Shown piece by piece: positions 37,608 through 49,597 of a stretch of DNA of 64,000 nucleotides (position 1 is its first letter; each line of letters opens with the position of its first letter). The notes under the pieces are model-generated. The model ran no database searches, had not been told where the DNA came from, and saw only the letters and a program-made list of their open reading frames with translations. Source of the stretch: Podarcis melisellensis (taxonomy: Eukaryota). The translations under genes and the position numbers were made by a program. The stretch lies in assembly GCA_964234715.1 (NCBI GenBank), contig OZ174282.1, one strand, 5' to 3'.

Positions 37608-38699
37608 CTGTACAAAACAGCAAGCAGAAGGTGCAGTTTCTTTCTTTAAGCAAGAAGCCAAGTAAGTGAACAATCAAAATGGTTCCTGTACAGCAGGCTA
37701 CACTCTCTTGGCCAGAAAGCAGCAAGGCACTACAAACCAGTTGCAGAAGTGGCACCCAAGCAGAAAGTGGATGGAACATCCACTTTCTTTCTCCCTCTTC
37801 ACTCCATCCAGTCTCTCATGAATGCATGCACACACAAACCCCCACACCAAGCACCCTCTATCTCCTTCATCCATAGCGCCATCTTCTCTCCCTCTCCAGA
37901 CTGGGTGGATTAGCTGTGCTGAAGAAAGTAGAGTCCCCCAGATTGCTCACTTGTGCTGAACAGTATTGACAAGCTGGCTACTTCCTCATCTGAGATCTAG
38001 CTATCACCTTGGTATCTGAAAGATCCAATATGTATTCTCAAACCATTCTAGTTTTCCTAATCCGAGACTAGAGGCTGGTTTCTGCACTCTACGCACCTCC
38101 CTCACCAAAACACCCTTTCATTATACTACTCTCTACATCACTTCCCCCACCCCATCATAAAAAGAAGCACTTATTAACACCAGCTTAATATTTGATTCTC
38201 AAGTGACTGTTGTTTAGATGACCTACTCTCAAGTGTTTTTAAACCTATTCTTAAGAAACTGTGAACAAAGAGGTGGAGGTGGGTAGACACAAACCTGCCC
38301 AAAGTTCAAACATGTCACCATTATCATCCAGAAATAAACTAGCCTCTCAATCAAACATCTCAAGCACCACCCTTAAGCACCACCAAGCTGGTATCACCAC
38401 TGTCAAAAGTCTTTGATTTTTTCCTATGGAACTACAGTGCCTGCCTGCATTTTCTGGCATAACAAGGGGGAATGAAAAGCCCTAGGACTGGAGTCATGAA
38501 GATACGCTCCAGCACAAGCACCTGACCATGCCCAGCCCAGCCTCATTTTCTGAGCTACTGCAAGCATGCTTCACAAGCGTCCTTGAGGTGGTTGACTCTG
38601 CTCTGGACTCCAAATTTGTTTGGTGAAGATGTGCTGCAACTGATTTACCTGAGGAAGCTGGGCACTGGCAGAACACAGCCAAACAGCCTCCCCTCTTAC

Positions 38700-38841
38700 C
38701 AGAACATGGGGTGATCCAGACCGCTGAAGTTAGGCCACAGTGACAAATAAGGCCCCCAACGAGAATCACTGGCTGTGGACTCATGAAGCAAAGAAAGCAG
38801 GAGCGGAACCCAGCCGGACTGACTCTCCAGAGAGGCTTGCT
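38700..38841 (-). CDS. SETD6: SETD6 exon 4 ([14 protein letters not shown]...HPMF)
   Basis: AG/GT boundaries; SQSGWVPLL motif. Confidence 0.93.
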
Positions 38842-39486
38842 CTATTAAAGGTAAATAAAATAGACTGTAAGAACACTAGAACTATTATCTGTTAAAAGAG
38901 CAAACCAAATCAGCCAGAAACCTACGTCCATAGTTGAGAACACAACTCTCCAATCTCACTCAAGGATGACACAGTTTGGGGCATTCTGAAGAATCTGGAA
39001 GCTTACTGAGGAGCTTGCTGTTTTCCCCACCCCATTTATAAGTATCAACATGCACATTCTTCTTTGTAGGACAATAGCACACTCTATATCAGCCTTCCAT
39101 CAACCTGGTGCCCTCCAGCTGTTGGACTATAATTCCTATCATTACCACGACTGGCTGTCAATACTGTACACCATAGGTCAGCAATCTGGAGCCTCTACCT
39201 CCTTTAGCACAACCAGATACATGCAAAGAATATGGATTTATTAATAGAGGGTACTGTGTGTGTGCATATGTACTATGCCAAGTGGGGGCGGTGGGAGTTG
39301 TAGTCCAATAGCATCTGGAGGGCACCTGCTTAGCAAAGGCTATTCTATATGACAGAAAGCACACATGCTGGTTGGGGCTGAGAGTTGTAATTCAAAACAG
39401 CTGGAGGGCACCTGGTTGGACAGGCTGCCCAATGAACATGAAGCTTTTAATGAGGCTACAGAACCCCCCAAAAACCATCCCTGTAC

Positions 39487-39631
39487 CTTTTTCTAGTAGG
39501 GAAGAAAGGGGGCTTGTGTACTGCGAAAGGACTGCCGTTCTTGGGATGGTGAAAAGGACTTCTCCTGCTTCAATGTCTTCCCTGGCCACCATGCCATAAT
39601 CAGCTACTGTGCCCTCTCTGCTCACACTGAC
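39487..39631 (-). CDS. SETD6: SETD6 exon 3 (VSVSREGTVADYGM...LLEK)
   Basis: AG/GT boundaries; translation. Confidence 0.93.
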
Positions 39632-41068
39632 CTACAACACAGGAAAAGAAAGTTTTTTCTCAAACTCCAAAAGGTTGCTTTTTTTACTACAACCCTTAGT
39701 TACAGGTCCCTGGTTAGCATCACAAAAGCCAACCCTTAATAGGTTAATTACCCTTTTGTACTCACAAGTGTAACTGGGAGTCCTTGGAGCCTGATCTTTA
39801 TTGTTGCAACAAGACTTCCTACTGCCACAAAGATGAAGCAGCCAGAAGCCCAATCAATGGGTTACACCTGTATTTCAAAGTTTCCTGAAGTTTCCCTTAA
39901 TACATTTCAAGATGCATCATCAAGACATAGATATGTCACAGAAAAGGTGTGGTCTCAGGTAGAACCTGAGATCCAGGCATGCTCCTGTCACTCAAATATA
40001 GTGTTTCACACTTCATCACAGTACAAAGAAAGCATTTACAGTTCCCTGGTCCCTGAGTCAAGTTAGATGCCACCCTTTTTCTTGTCTGGTCTATCACCTG
40101 CAGATGGACGGGACTGTACATCTTGGGGATTGCAGTGGGCTCTCTCACCCCTCCCCTTATGCCTCACTTCCCTGGGTCCTAAATGCCATTGGAACTGAGA
40201 AGATTAATACAAGTGGTTTCTTATGAATTTCTCAAATTTTCCCACTCAGCCAGTACAGAGATACATTTATCAGTGAATTGCTATTTTCCTTTGCTGGAGA
40301 CCTGGGGTTTAGTGGGGAGTCACAGGCTCCCGAGCTGAGCTTCCCTTGCAGATGCAATGCATTTGCAGATATGTTGCTGTTATTTTCTCGTTTGGGGTGG
40401 GGGGAGGTCTCTCACCCCCCTTCCAATTTCCCAGTAACACAAGCCAGGTGACTTAAGAGTGATACAGCCATTTTCTAATTATTTTAGCTCTCCCAGAGTG
40501 GCAATATTAACTCACCATTAGCAGCTGTTTGAATAGAAGCAGGAAAAGGAGCGAGACTAGATTAATGCCGAGTAAAATGGTGCTTATTGATGCATGTGAA
40601 GTAACAAGATTAAAGTTACTACAAGTCTGGAAACTCCACATTTTCATTATCTTATTCATGCCGGTTCCTGTTGTTTGCTGCTGCCGGGTTCCTTTGGATG
40701 GATGTTTTTGTTTTAAAGCGTTTTATTATTAGGCCGGTGCATATTTACGGCTACAAGTTTCATTTCGGCTTGAATTTTCCGGGTGGTTCTGTACTACCTT
40801 CCGCTCCTTTACTGCTGGGAACCGCACCTCCTTCCCCTGTGTTGTGTGAGCCGCCTGGGAGTAGGAGTCACCCGCAAAGGCAGGTGAAATTCAAAGGGAA
40901 TTTGAATGAAGAGCGGCCTCCCCTTAACACGGGGCCACGGCAAGGAAGCCTCTTGTTTCCCCCGGGGGGGGGATGGAGGGGCCTTTCCCCCTCGGCCAGT
41001 CTCTCCCCGCGGCAGGGAGCGGCTGGCCCAATCCCTTCCGGCCCGCGGAAGCCCCTGGCGGGCCGTAC

Positions 41069-41161
41069 CTTAGCGCTCAGCTCCAGGCCCGCGTTGGCGC
41101 ACCAGCCCAGGAAGGCGGTGAGGGCGCCCGAGTCACTCGCCGCCGCCTCCTCCTCCTCCAC
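41069..41161 (-). CDS. SETD6: SETD6 exon 2 (VEEEEAAASD...LELSAK)
   Basis: Polypyrimidine cag| acceptor, AAG|gtacgg donor; FLGWC..GLELS motif. Confidence 0.9.
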
Positions 41162-41262
41162 CTGCGGAGCACAGAGAGAAAGAGAGAGCGAGGTGCTAAG
41201 GCCTCCCCGCCGCCGCCGCCCACTAGCCGCCCCTCAGGCCGCGGTCCGGCCGCCAAACCCAC

Positions 41263-41289
41263 CTTGGCGCACTTGGCCGCTTTCGCCAT
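41263..41289 (-). CDS. SETD6: SETD6 exon 1 coding part (MAKAAKCAK)
   Basis: ATG in GGCATGG Kozak context; AAG|gtgggt donor. Confidence 0.85.
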
Positions 41290-42289
41290 GCCGGACGCAC
41301 CCGGAACTACGAATGGCCAGATGCGCCTGCGCGCGGGGAAAAGGCTCGTCTGACGCTACGGGGCGGAGCCGCAAAACCCCGCCCAGGAGGGAGGGGCTAT
41401 TTCGCGGTTCCCTGAAGCTGCCTAGCAACTCACTCTCCTCCGTGTCTTAGTAGCAGGGAGTTCCGCTGGCCGCCCCGTTAGTTTTTAAGATATCGTTACA
41501 AAGCCGCTTTTAACAACCACGGGCAGTGCGCCAAAGAGCCCTGGGGCGCTTCGCTCCGTCTTCTGCCCCAGCCGGGCTGCTGCTGCTGCTGCTGCTCTTC
41601 CTCAGGGGCTCCGACGGAGCTCTCGGTTCTTTCCAAAAGTTAAGCACTTGTGCAATACTACAAGTGCCAGTAAGTTCTTTCGATACATGCGGGAACCAAC
41701 TCTAGTAATATGTGCAAGGCGGACTGGAGTCAAATATGCTTTTTCAAAGTTCCCGCATGCAGAGTTGATATACTTCCCGTAGGTCTCCCTTAAACCATTC
41801 CCGTTCTGCTCACTGGCCCTGCTCCACAGCAACTGTTTCTTCTTGGCTAAAATAGATTCCTGAATGGTGAGAAGGCCTCTCACTTGCCTGGATGGAGAGA
41901 CGTTTGTGTAAGTGTAGCAATCTGGCTTTTGCACTGCTGCAAGGGACCTACGGCACAAAGATTAAGAGTCAAATGTCTTGCTCCTCCCACTTTTGCCTCT
42001 TGCCCTGCCCATCACTCAGATCTGGCCCCTGAAAGGTTCCCCACAAGGGGATCTGGCCCTTGGGATGAAAAGTGTTTCCTACCCTGAGATATGGCAAAGG
42101 GGACAGAGGAAGCAATTGTGCTTTGCCAGGGGGCTGCCCATTCTACCCTCACCTTCCTTTGTAGGCTATTCTCCTCTCACCCCTGTTTGTTAGAGGAGAG
42201 CAGCAGTTGCTCTAGGATGTGTTCACCTGGAGCGTCAAGGCAAGAAGCAGCAAGTCAGAGCCTTGTGGCACTTCAGATACCAACACGTT

Positions 42290-42760
42290 TATTATAATGG
42301 CTTAAGCTTTCGTGGACAGCAGTCCAGTTCAACAGATGCATGAGCTCATTACATCCTGAGTTGTAGGTCTACAAGGTTGAGGAAGAAAATTGTAAACACC
42401 GAGAGGAAATGCAGAAGAGCACTGAGGGTATTCTGCTAATAAGAGTTTTAATACCGGTAATTACATTCTTTACAGGTTGCAGTCTCCCTTTGAAATTCAT
42501 TTGTTCCAGTATGTCCATCTTAATGTCAATTATAGCGGGTTCCAGGAAGTGGAAATGTTTCCCCACGTGTTTCTTGATATTGTCATTTCTGATGTCCATT
42601 TGTGTCCATTTATTCTTTTGTATAGAGGCTGCCCTCTTGTCTTAAGTAGAGTACATGAGGACAATATTGGCAGATGGTGGCATAAATCACATTGGAAAGT
42701 ATAATCGCTTATGGCAAATGTTTTCAAGCTTTATGGGTCCACGGTTCCCTTGACCAACTA
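42290..42760 (-). mobile_element. Degenerate Penelope-like retroelement fragment (GIY-YIG remnant plus hammerhead remnant)
   Basis: Frameshifted peptides GQPLYKRINGHK and DIRNDNIKKHVGKHF...ILEQMNFKGRLQ resemble Penelope GIY-YIG endonuclease; downstream CTGTTGA..stem..GAAAGCTTA. Confidence 0.75.
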
Positions 42761-43613
42761 CATTCTTTCTGCGGCACCCCTATGGGGCTGAGGAGCCCAA
42801 TTATGTCACACCTTGCCTGCAGAGCTGGCAGCCCCTCACCCCTTTTTCGAACACCCTCCCTTGTGGAGTGTTCCCTCAGCCTCCTCTCTTCTCCCCTCTA
42901 CTTGGGAGTGCTCTGGGCAGCCACAGCTGCTGCTCCTGGTCTCAGCTGCCCCTCATCCCACCCCAAAAGGAGGTGCCTCCTCACACTGCCCCACAGGGGA
43001 CTGGGGAACACCCCCTGACCAGTCCCAGAGGCACCATTCATTCACCTAGGGAGCATGTAGCCAGGACTGCTGCAACAGACAGCTGTGCAAGCCTTTGGGA
43101 GGCAAAGACACAAGAGAGCATCAGAGGCGGGAGGGAAGGAAAGAGGGACAGAGACGAGTGTTGCCCGTGGCACCCCTGACCATCATTCCAAGGCACTCCA
43201 GGGTGCCACCACACATTGGTTGAAAACCACTGGCTTATGGATTGAATTAAAGCAAAGCAAAGGAGTTTTATCACATGGTATGTGTCAACACAACTTTTTT
43301 GGAGGGGTGGTGCATGTAAAAAATATTCAGAGTGCTCTGAAAGGGATTTATTCAGAACCCCCATTCAAAGTGCTGTGGAAGGAAAATAGTCAGAAAAAGG
43401 TCACCTGATCTCATTATGACATCAGGTGATTGACAGGTAGGCAGCTCCACCCACCTACAAGTTGCCTCAAGGGAGGTCACAATCTAGCCCCTGGGCTTGG
43501 AAGGTTCCCCAGCCCTGATATATTGGATTCTGCTAAAAGTAAATAAATAAATGTGGCACTCGTGAATAAGCTGCCGCTTTGACTGCAAAGTGAGTCTGCT
43601 TGATCTTAATATC

Positions 43614-43619
43614 TTTATT
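43614..43619 (-). terminator. Probable NDRG4 polyadenylation signal (AATAAA on -)
   Basis: tttatt on + at the end of a U-rich (on -) terminal UTR segment; implies a ~3.8 kb 3' UTR. Confidence 0.6.
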
Positions 43620-44006
43620 AGTTTTCAACACAATAATCCTCTCTACATCAATGGGTTTGTTTGTTTGCCTTGTTTTACATTTTGTAGATATTGTGGCATC
43701 AATGCAACCAGAGAGCATCAACAACCATCATGCACAAAAATATTACATTTCACCTCATACAGAAAAAAGAAATCCATTAAATTCCACCTTAATCAGGAAA
43801 ATGTTTCTTTAAAAAAATCCAATTCCCCCCCACCCCCACCCCACAGTAATATCTAGATCACCTTCAAATGAAAAGCTGCACATTGGTTGCCAATTGCTAC
43901 AAGTAAATGGCAGGGGTGGAATCCAAGATAAATATTATATATAGGAATTTATAGATCTATCTCATCTGAAAGAACACATCAAGAAAAAAGGCAACAATAT
44001 CTACAG

Positions 44007-44151
44007 CAGCCTCCTCCAACCAGGTGCCCTCCAGCAGGTGTTCTCTCCTGCAACTTCCTTCAGCTCCAGCCAACTTGGCTGTGTGATGCTGAGGAGCTGA
44101 TGGGAGCTGTAATCCAACAACCTCTGGGGGGTCCCAGGTTGGCAAAAGCTG
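44007..44151. mobile_element. Palindromic hAT-type MITE with 8-bp target-site duplication
   Basis: atctacag flanks both sides (43999-44006 and 44152-44159); element is an imperfect inverted repeat. Confidence 0.8.
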
Positions 44152-46715
44152 ATCTACAGTAAAAGAGGGTCCTAGTAGCCTTCAGTCATTCATATTTAAA
44201 GTTTAGAAGGAAGCACACAAAATCAAAGATTCTGAGATTAGAGGATTACATCAAACAGTGTGTCTGGACTGCTTGTGGCAACATCAAACCATTTAAATGC
44301 AAAGACGCCTGGCTACGCACACATATATACCCCTTGACGTGCGCACTGTCAGGAGCAAGAAAGTCAGGTGCAAAGCCTGCCGAGTAGCAGAGAGGCGAGA
44401 CAGAACTCCTCGCAAGCTGCTTGTTGCTCTTTGGGCCAAACCCCACTTCAAGCTCTTTGCTTGCGTGGAAACGCAGCAATGTGCAAGATTGGTGATGTGG
44501 GTGGGGTGTTTCATCAGTAAAAAGAACTGAGGTGTCTGACATGAGATCAGGATGCATTTGGGATTCAACAAGAAAGATGGGCTGGGTGGTCCAGCAGCAG
44601 TTTGGGGAAAGGAAGGAGAAGGGTATGTTGGCTCATTTGGAGCCCAGAGTGGCATGGACAAGAGCCTTTCTGGTTCCACGTCAATAGCAGGCTTACAGTA
44701 ATGCAGAGCGAGTAGGGAGAATAGTCTCTTCAAAGGCATGAATGTGCGGAACTTGAGAAGAAATGTGAAGGCAAATTCTTCCTAATTGTTCTTCCTCAAA
44801 ACTCTGAAAGGGGTTCTGAAATGGAAAGACCTCAATAAATTAACAGCCCCAGAGCCACGGGGGTGGGGTGGGGGGCTGCCTGAGACCTATCCTAGAGGAC
44901 ACACATGTTTGCTTCCCTCTGGTTTTGTGGTGCTGCCACTAAGCCAGAACGGAAATGAGGCACTGTCCCAGAGAGCACTCAGGTGGTTGCGGGGGGATCC
45001 TTCAGAAAGTCAGGCAGGACAAAGCACAAGATGACAGGGTGGCATGCTAGTACGAAGCATAACCATATCGTGAGGGGACAGAGTGAAGGGGCTGGACGCT
45101 AGGCAAACAGGGCATCTTTAGAAGTGAGGATCCCGCAAGCCTCTTTACTCGAATTCGGGGAACGTATCCTGTAACATTAATTAATGCATATAGAATTGCC
45201 CCCCTGAGAACCTCCATCTAATGAAAGGACCAATGGAACTTATGGGTGGCTTCTTGAATATAAGAGTAATTACCATTTAGTGCTTATTAAAGAGTCTATT
45301 TTTTTCTAAGTGCCATACAGATATTATAACACAAGAAGACCCCTACTCAACAGGAAAAGAGTGGGGAGGAAATTCAAATGAGCATTGCCTTTTTCTCCCC
45401 CCCCTTAACTGTGATGACATTACAGTGAGTAAATAAATACTAGATGAAATATTTCGTAAGGGAAACCACAGAGGCCGCTGTCATGAGGGCAAGAGACTGG
45501 GTGCTCCTGTTGGTCAATTGGAACAATGGCCTCTATCCAGTGCTAGTTCTACTCAGAGTAGAACTTAAGTTGATACAGCATCTAATGTGGACAGTCACAG
45601 TCTGGGGGCAGATATCTCAGCACCTTCACATGATCCATCACATCCTTGAGGTGCAGAGGGGGCCACAGACAAAACTTCGGGATCAGGGTCTTCCATGAGG
45701 CTACCTGTTTATTCATACAGGCGGGAGCATGGAGGAGATGTGACCAGTCCCCTATAGGGCTGTTTTTGGGGAGGAAGCTCTTTATCCCCATCAACACAAG
45801 CCTTACACAGTAGAGGCTGGAGTATGACACCCCCCCAAGGGTGCCTGCCTAGTTGGGAATATTTTTATGTTTTTATTTTCTGTGTTGTGTTTTAAAATAG
45901 TTCATGTACCCTGCTCTGGGACTGTTGATCAAGAACAGGAAACAAATATTTTAAATAGCTAAATAAATGTCCTCATGTTCCTGGGCCCCATTTTCCCCCC
46001 CTTGAGGCTGGATAAGCTTCTGCTACTTATTCCTGCTGAGCCTAAAAGCATATGCACAACCCAGCACTTTCTAGGGGGGTTTCCTTCCAGGGAATGATCC
46101 TGGGAACAGCTATTGTGCAAGAGTATCAAGAATCTAGTATTCCTGAGGGGAAAGCCACAAGGGTTAGCATGCTCTAAACATGCGTAAATGTGCCCTTGTG
46201 TTTTTGATTCCTGCCACTGATTGTCCTTTTAAAAAAATTAATAAGCGATGGTAGTGGGGGCAGCTTATATTGCAACGAGTTTTACTCAAAGGCCATTTAT
46301 AGCACTGGTTAAAAGGCTTGAGGAAACCCCAAACAAATCCTAAAACCAACTATGACCTTTCCCTACCCCTTAGGCTTGGAAAGCCCTGCTGCTCATTCCT
46401 AGTACTGGGGGGATGACAACTTCCCATTTTCTGCTTTTGACTGAATTTACATGTAGGAGAAGGAAATGATGCAATAGGACCCCCTGGATGGTTTTATACA
46501 GCAGCTGGAGAAACGGCTCGACTCTATGTGCATGTTCCTACCCAGTTAAGCCCCCATTTCCGTTGTCTTTCCAGTAAAAACCTGCCGGCACAGAGTCAGC
46601 CACCAAAAAGGCTTTCAAAAGCTGTGGAACTAAAAAGCTTGTGCTCCAAAGCCAAAGAGAAGGGTAGAAACTAAGGGGCATTTGCCTTCAAGGTTGCAAT
46701 TTCCCTCCTTCCTGA

Positions 46716-46885
46716 ACCAGTGGTTGGAGTGTCAGACGAGGACCTTGGGCCAGTCACTGCCTCTTTCAACTAGCCTACTTCACAGGGTTGTTGTGGGGAT
46801 TAAATGGGGAGGGGTGAACCATGTATGCCACCCTGAGCTCCTTGGAAAAGGAAAAGGAGGGATATAAGTGTCTGAAAATAAATAA
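46716..46885 (+). mobile_element. Truncated tRNA-derived CORE/MIR-like SINE
   Basis: gaccttgggccagtcactgcctct...cacagggttgttgtggggattaaatggg, A-rich tail; shared with 53555 and 61230 copies. Confidence 0.65.
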
Positions 46886-47364
46886 AGTAAGTAAACTACT
46901 GCATGGGTACATTGTGGATTAATTGTTGGGCATCTAAGCTGAAGGGCCCATGAGAACACTCTCCCCCTTCTGACTCACTGGGTGAGTGGCTTTTCTGAAG
47001 GAGAGGCACCCTGGCTAGGCAAGTGTAAAACATCCCTCCTGCTCGCCTTGCCTCAAGCTGTGCAGAGGGTCATGCCTGCCGCTTCCAAGCCAGCTAGAAA
47101 CCAACCCAATCCCTGGTTCAAAATGGCACCTGGGCCTATGGGTGGAGGTGGCCGTTGACATCAAGCTGCTGCTGCTGCTTCCCACTCTCCCTATGCCCCC
47201 CTCCCAACTTTGTATTCCATAATGTGAAAGGAAAAGAAAGACGGCAAAAGAAATTAAAGCCACAGGAAGCCGCAGGGGATGGAGCCAGCTGGAGAGTGAC
47301 TGGATGAGTGGGCCCTCGAGGTCACCCGTGAAGAAGACGGCGAGGAGGAGTAAGGTGGAGGCCC

Positions 47365-47525
47365 TCAGCAGGACACCTCCATGGTGTGGTTGATCTGCCC
47401 CATGGCCTCGCTGCTCTCCGAGTGGGTGCAGGCTCTTGGGCGGTTGCCCCCGCCCTCCACAGAGCTGGCGCTGGTGAGGGAAGCCGTGCGGGAGCGGGCC
47501 AGGCGTGTCATACTGGCAGAGGGCA
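47365..47525 (-). CDS. NDRG4: NDRG4 last coding exon ([15 protein letters not shown]...MEVSC*)
   Basis: tag| acceptor; TGA stop at 47365-47367. Confidence 0.95.
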
Positions 47526-47724
47526 CTACAGGGAGAGAAAGAGAGAGAGAGCATCAATGCTTCTGCCAGGGGCAAAAAGCGGACCAGGGAGGGTCCAGGC
47601 GGAGCGAGCGCCACAAAGACGAGCAAAGCTGCCACAGGAGAGGGAAGAAGCAACATCAAGCCCCTGGCCTCAGAGGGCGCCTAAAGCCCAGCACTCAAGC
47701 CCTAGCCATGCACCAACTCTTGAG

Positions 47725-47955
47725 GCGTAAGAACACAAGGGCACAAAAAGAGCTTGCTGGATCACGTCAATGGTCCATCTAGTCCAGGATTCGGTTCTCA
47801 TAGATGCCTGTGGGAAACTGGAAACTGAATACCAGAACACTCTCTCCTCCTGTGATTTCCAGTAACTGGTATTCCAGCATTACTGCTTCCGACTGTGGAA
47901 GCAGAGCATAGCCACCATGGCTAGTAGCCATTGATCACCCTCTCCTCCATGAATT
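47725..47955 (-). mobile_element. CR1-type LINE 3' end fragment
   Basis: taagaac...ctggatca...ggtccatctagtccagg, typical reverse-oriented lizard CR1 tail; related partial copy near 48590-48680. Confidence 0.55.
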
Positions 47956-49558
47956 CATAGTCCAAAACATCTGGAAGGCACCAGGTTGTGGAAGGCAGAC
48001 AAACCAGCCCAGCAATCACACCCCAAAGACATGACCAAGCTGACTGTGTGGGAGACAGTGGGTGGCTTGCCAGACGATGGCTTGTGTGAAGAATTTCAGA
48101 ATGATGTGCTCTAAGTACAGAAGCCCGCCATCTGCCCTCTCAGCTAACCTGGGCAAAGGCCAGGGATGATGGAGGTCAGGGTCCAGCAACATCTGGAGGG
48201 CTGCAGGGGAAGCCAACCCTGGCCTAAGCAAACAGCCACGACAAGCAGAGTGTGACCCAGCTGCTCCTGAAGACTGCAGAGTGCCAAAACACACATGGGG
48301 CATGTCAAGTTGCAAAATAAATTCTTCTACCACTGTTCTGAGGCTCCATCACCCCCCCTTTTTTTTGATCCCCTCACTGCTGCAAGAGGCACAGGTGACC
48401 AGCAAAACTAGGTAGCAGGTAGGGCTGTGGTGGGACAGGGTGGGAAGCAAAGTGACTCTCTGCACCTGGATGCACCTCCTGTGTGCCCTGCTCTGCCACT
48501 GACACACAATCCCCAACATCTCAGCAGCCAAGCAGATGCTTGCAGGAAACCAGCAAGCGTGACCGAAGCACAACAGCACTCTCTCTGGTTTTCACCAACA
48601 GGTATTCAGAAGTATTGCTACCTGTGGTTGTGGAGGCAGAACAGCCCATCGTGGCTAGTAATTGATAGCCCTCTCTCCTCCTATTGATAGCCTTTTCTCC
48701 TTTTTGCATGGTCTTATATCTCATGCTGGTCAAGGGCCATGCTGACTCCGCTCTTGTGCATCTGCCCATGAACAGGGCCCCCAACTCTAAAGATCAGCTG
48801 AGCACAATTCCCTTTCTGTGCCAAGATGCACAAAATGCAAGAAGTTATGGATGCACACGTAATTGCAAGACGTGAAAATGCCACACCTGGTCATTAACCT
48901 TTAAAAAAAAAAATCTTCCAAGAGGGACACCCTTGGATTTGTAAGTGCACATGCGTGGCTGTTGAGGAGAAATTGCAAACCCCCAGGAACAGCGTGTTTT
49001 GGGATTCAGTCAGGTGTGACGCTGCTGCCAAACAACCTGGCTGTTGCATCTCTCTGTGGGAAGATGTGACTATCAGCAGGAAGTTATCACACCAACAACA
49101 CACTCAGGATGCTTTTGGCCAGCCTCCTGCAAGCTCGTACCTCCCAGATGTTTCAGACCACAGCTCCCATTAGCCCCAGTCAGTGTGGCCATAGGAAGCT
49201 GGGATTGATGGAAGTTGCAGTCTGAAACACCTGCAGAGCACCAGAATGAGGAAGGCTGCCTTGGAAAGCACAGCGGCAAATGTGTTTCAACAAACGCCAT
49301 TGGAATGACATAGCTGTGCGCTTCCCATAGTGTGTGAGTCATGCTACAGATGCAGCAGGGGGAGGGCAGATGCTTCTTTTTCTGTCAGCCTCAGTCGCCT
49401 GTTTACTTGCCTGTCTCTTTACTGCAGGACCAGCTATGGAAGCTGCAGCAGAAAAGCACACTCTGTACAGCAGCAATGCACAATAAGGAGAGGACGGGGG
49501 CGAGGGGTACATGCAGCATGTGGATGTGACAGTGAGCAGACATTGGGGGAGGGGATAC

Positions 49559-49597
49559 CTGATCCTCCACTCAGCCTTCGGTCCTTCAGGTACGCAA
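49559..49597 (-). CDS. NDRG4: NDRG4 39-nt alternative exon (AYLKDRRLSGGS)
   Basis: tag| acceptor, CAG|gtatcccc donor; frame-preserving; matches the NDRG4 variant insert YLKDRRLSGG. Confidence 0.88.

Larger units (their letters stand above)
31061..41289 (-). other. SETD6: SETD6 gene, N-lysine methyltransferase (9 coding exons, 1368 nt, 455 aa)
   Basis: Exons join in frame; SET motifs [15 protein letters not shown] and GQEIFNTYG; Rubisco-LSMT-type C-terminus ending VRYGQKMILHQLLELAS*. Confidence 0.96.
40730..41640 (-). promoter_or_regulatory. CpG island / SETD6 promoter
   Basis: Very GC- and CpG-rich; NRF1-like TGCGCCTGCGC at 41322-41332 and GC boxes near 41361 and 41378, just upstream of the ATG. 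Confidence 0.85.

Noticed and set aside
40671-41450. 259-aa + strand ORF over the SETD6 5' end
   Set aside because: Stop-poor GC-rich CpG island antisense to real exons; low-complexity P/R/A sequence with no domain
47015-47782. 214-aa and 133-aa ORFs
   Set aside because: Alternative frames or antisense of the NDRG4 last exon and UTR
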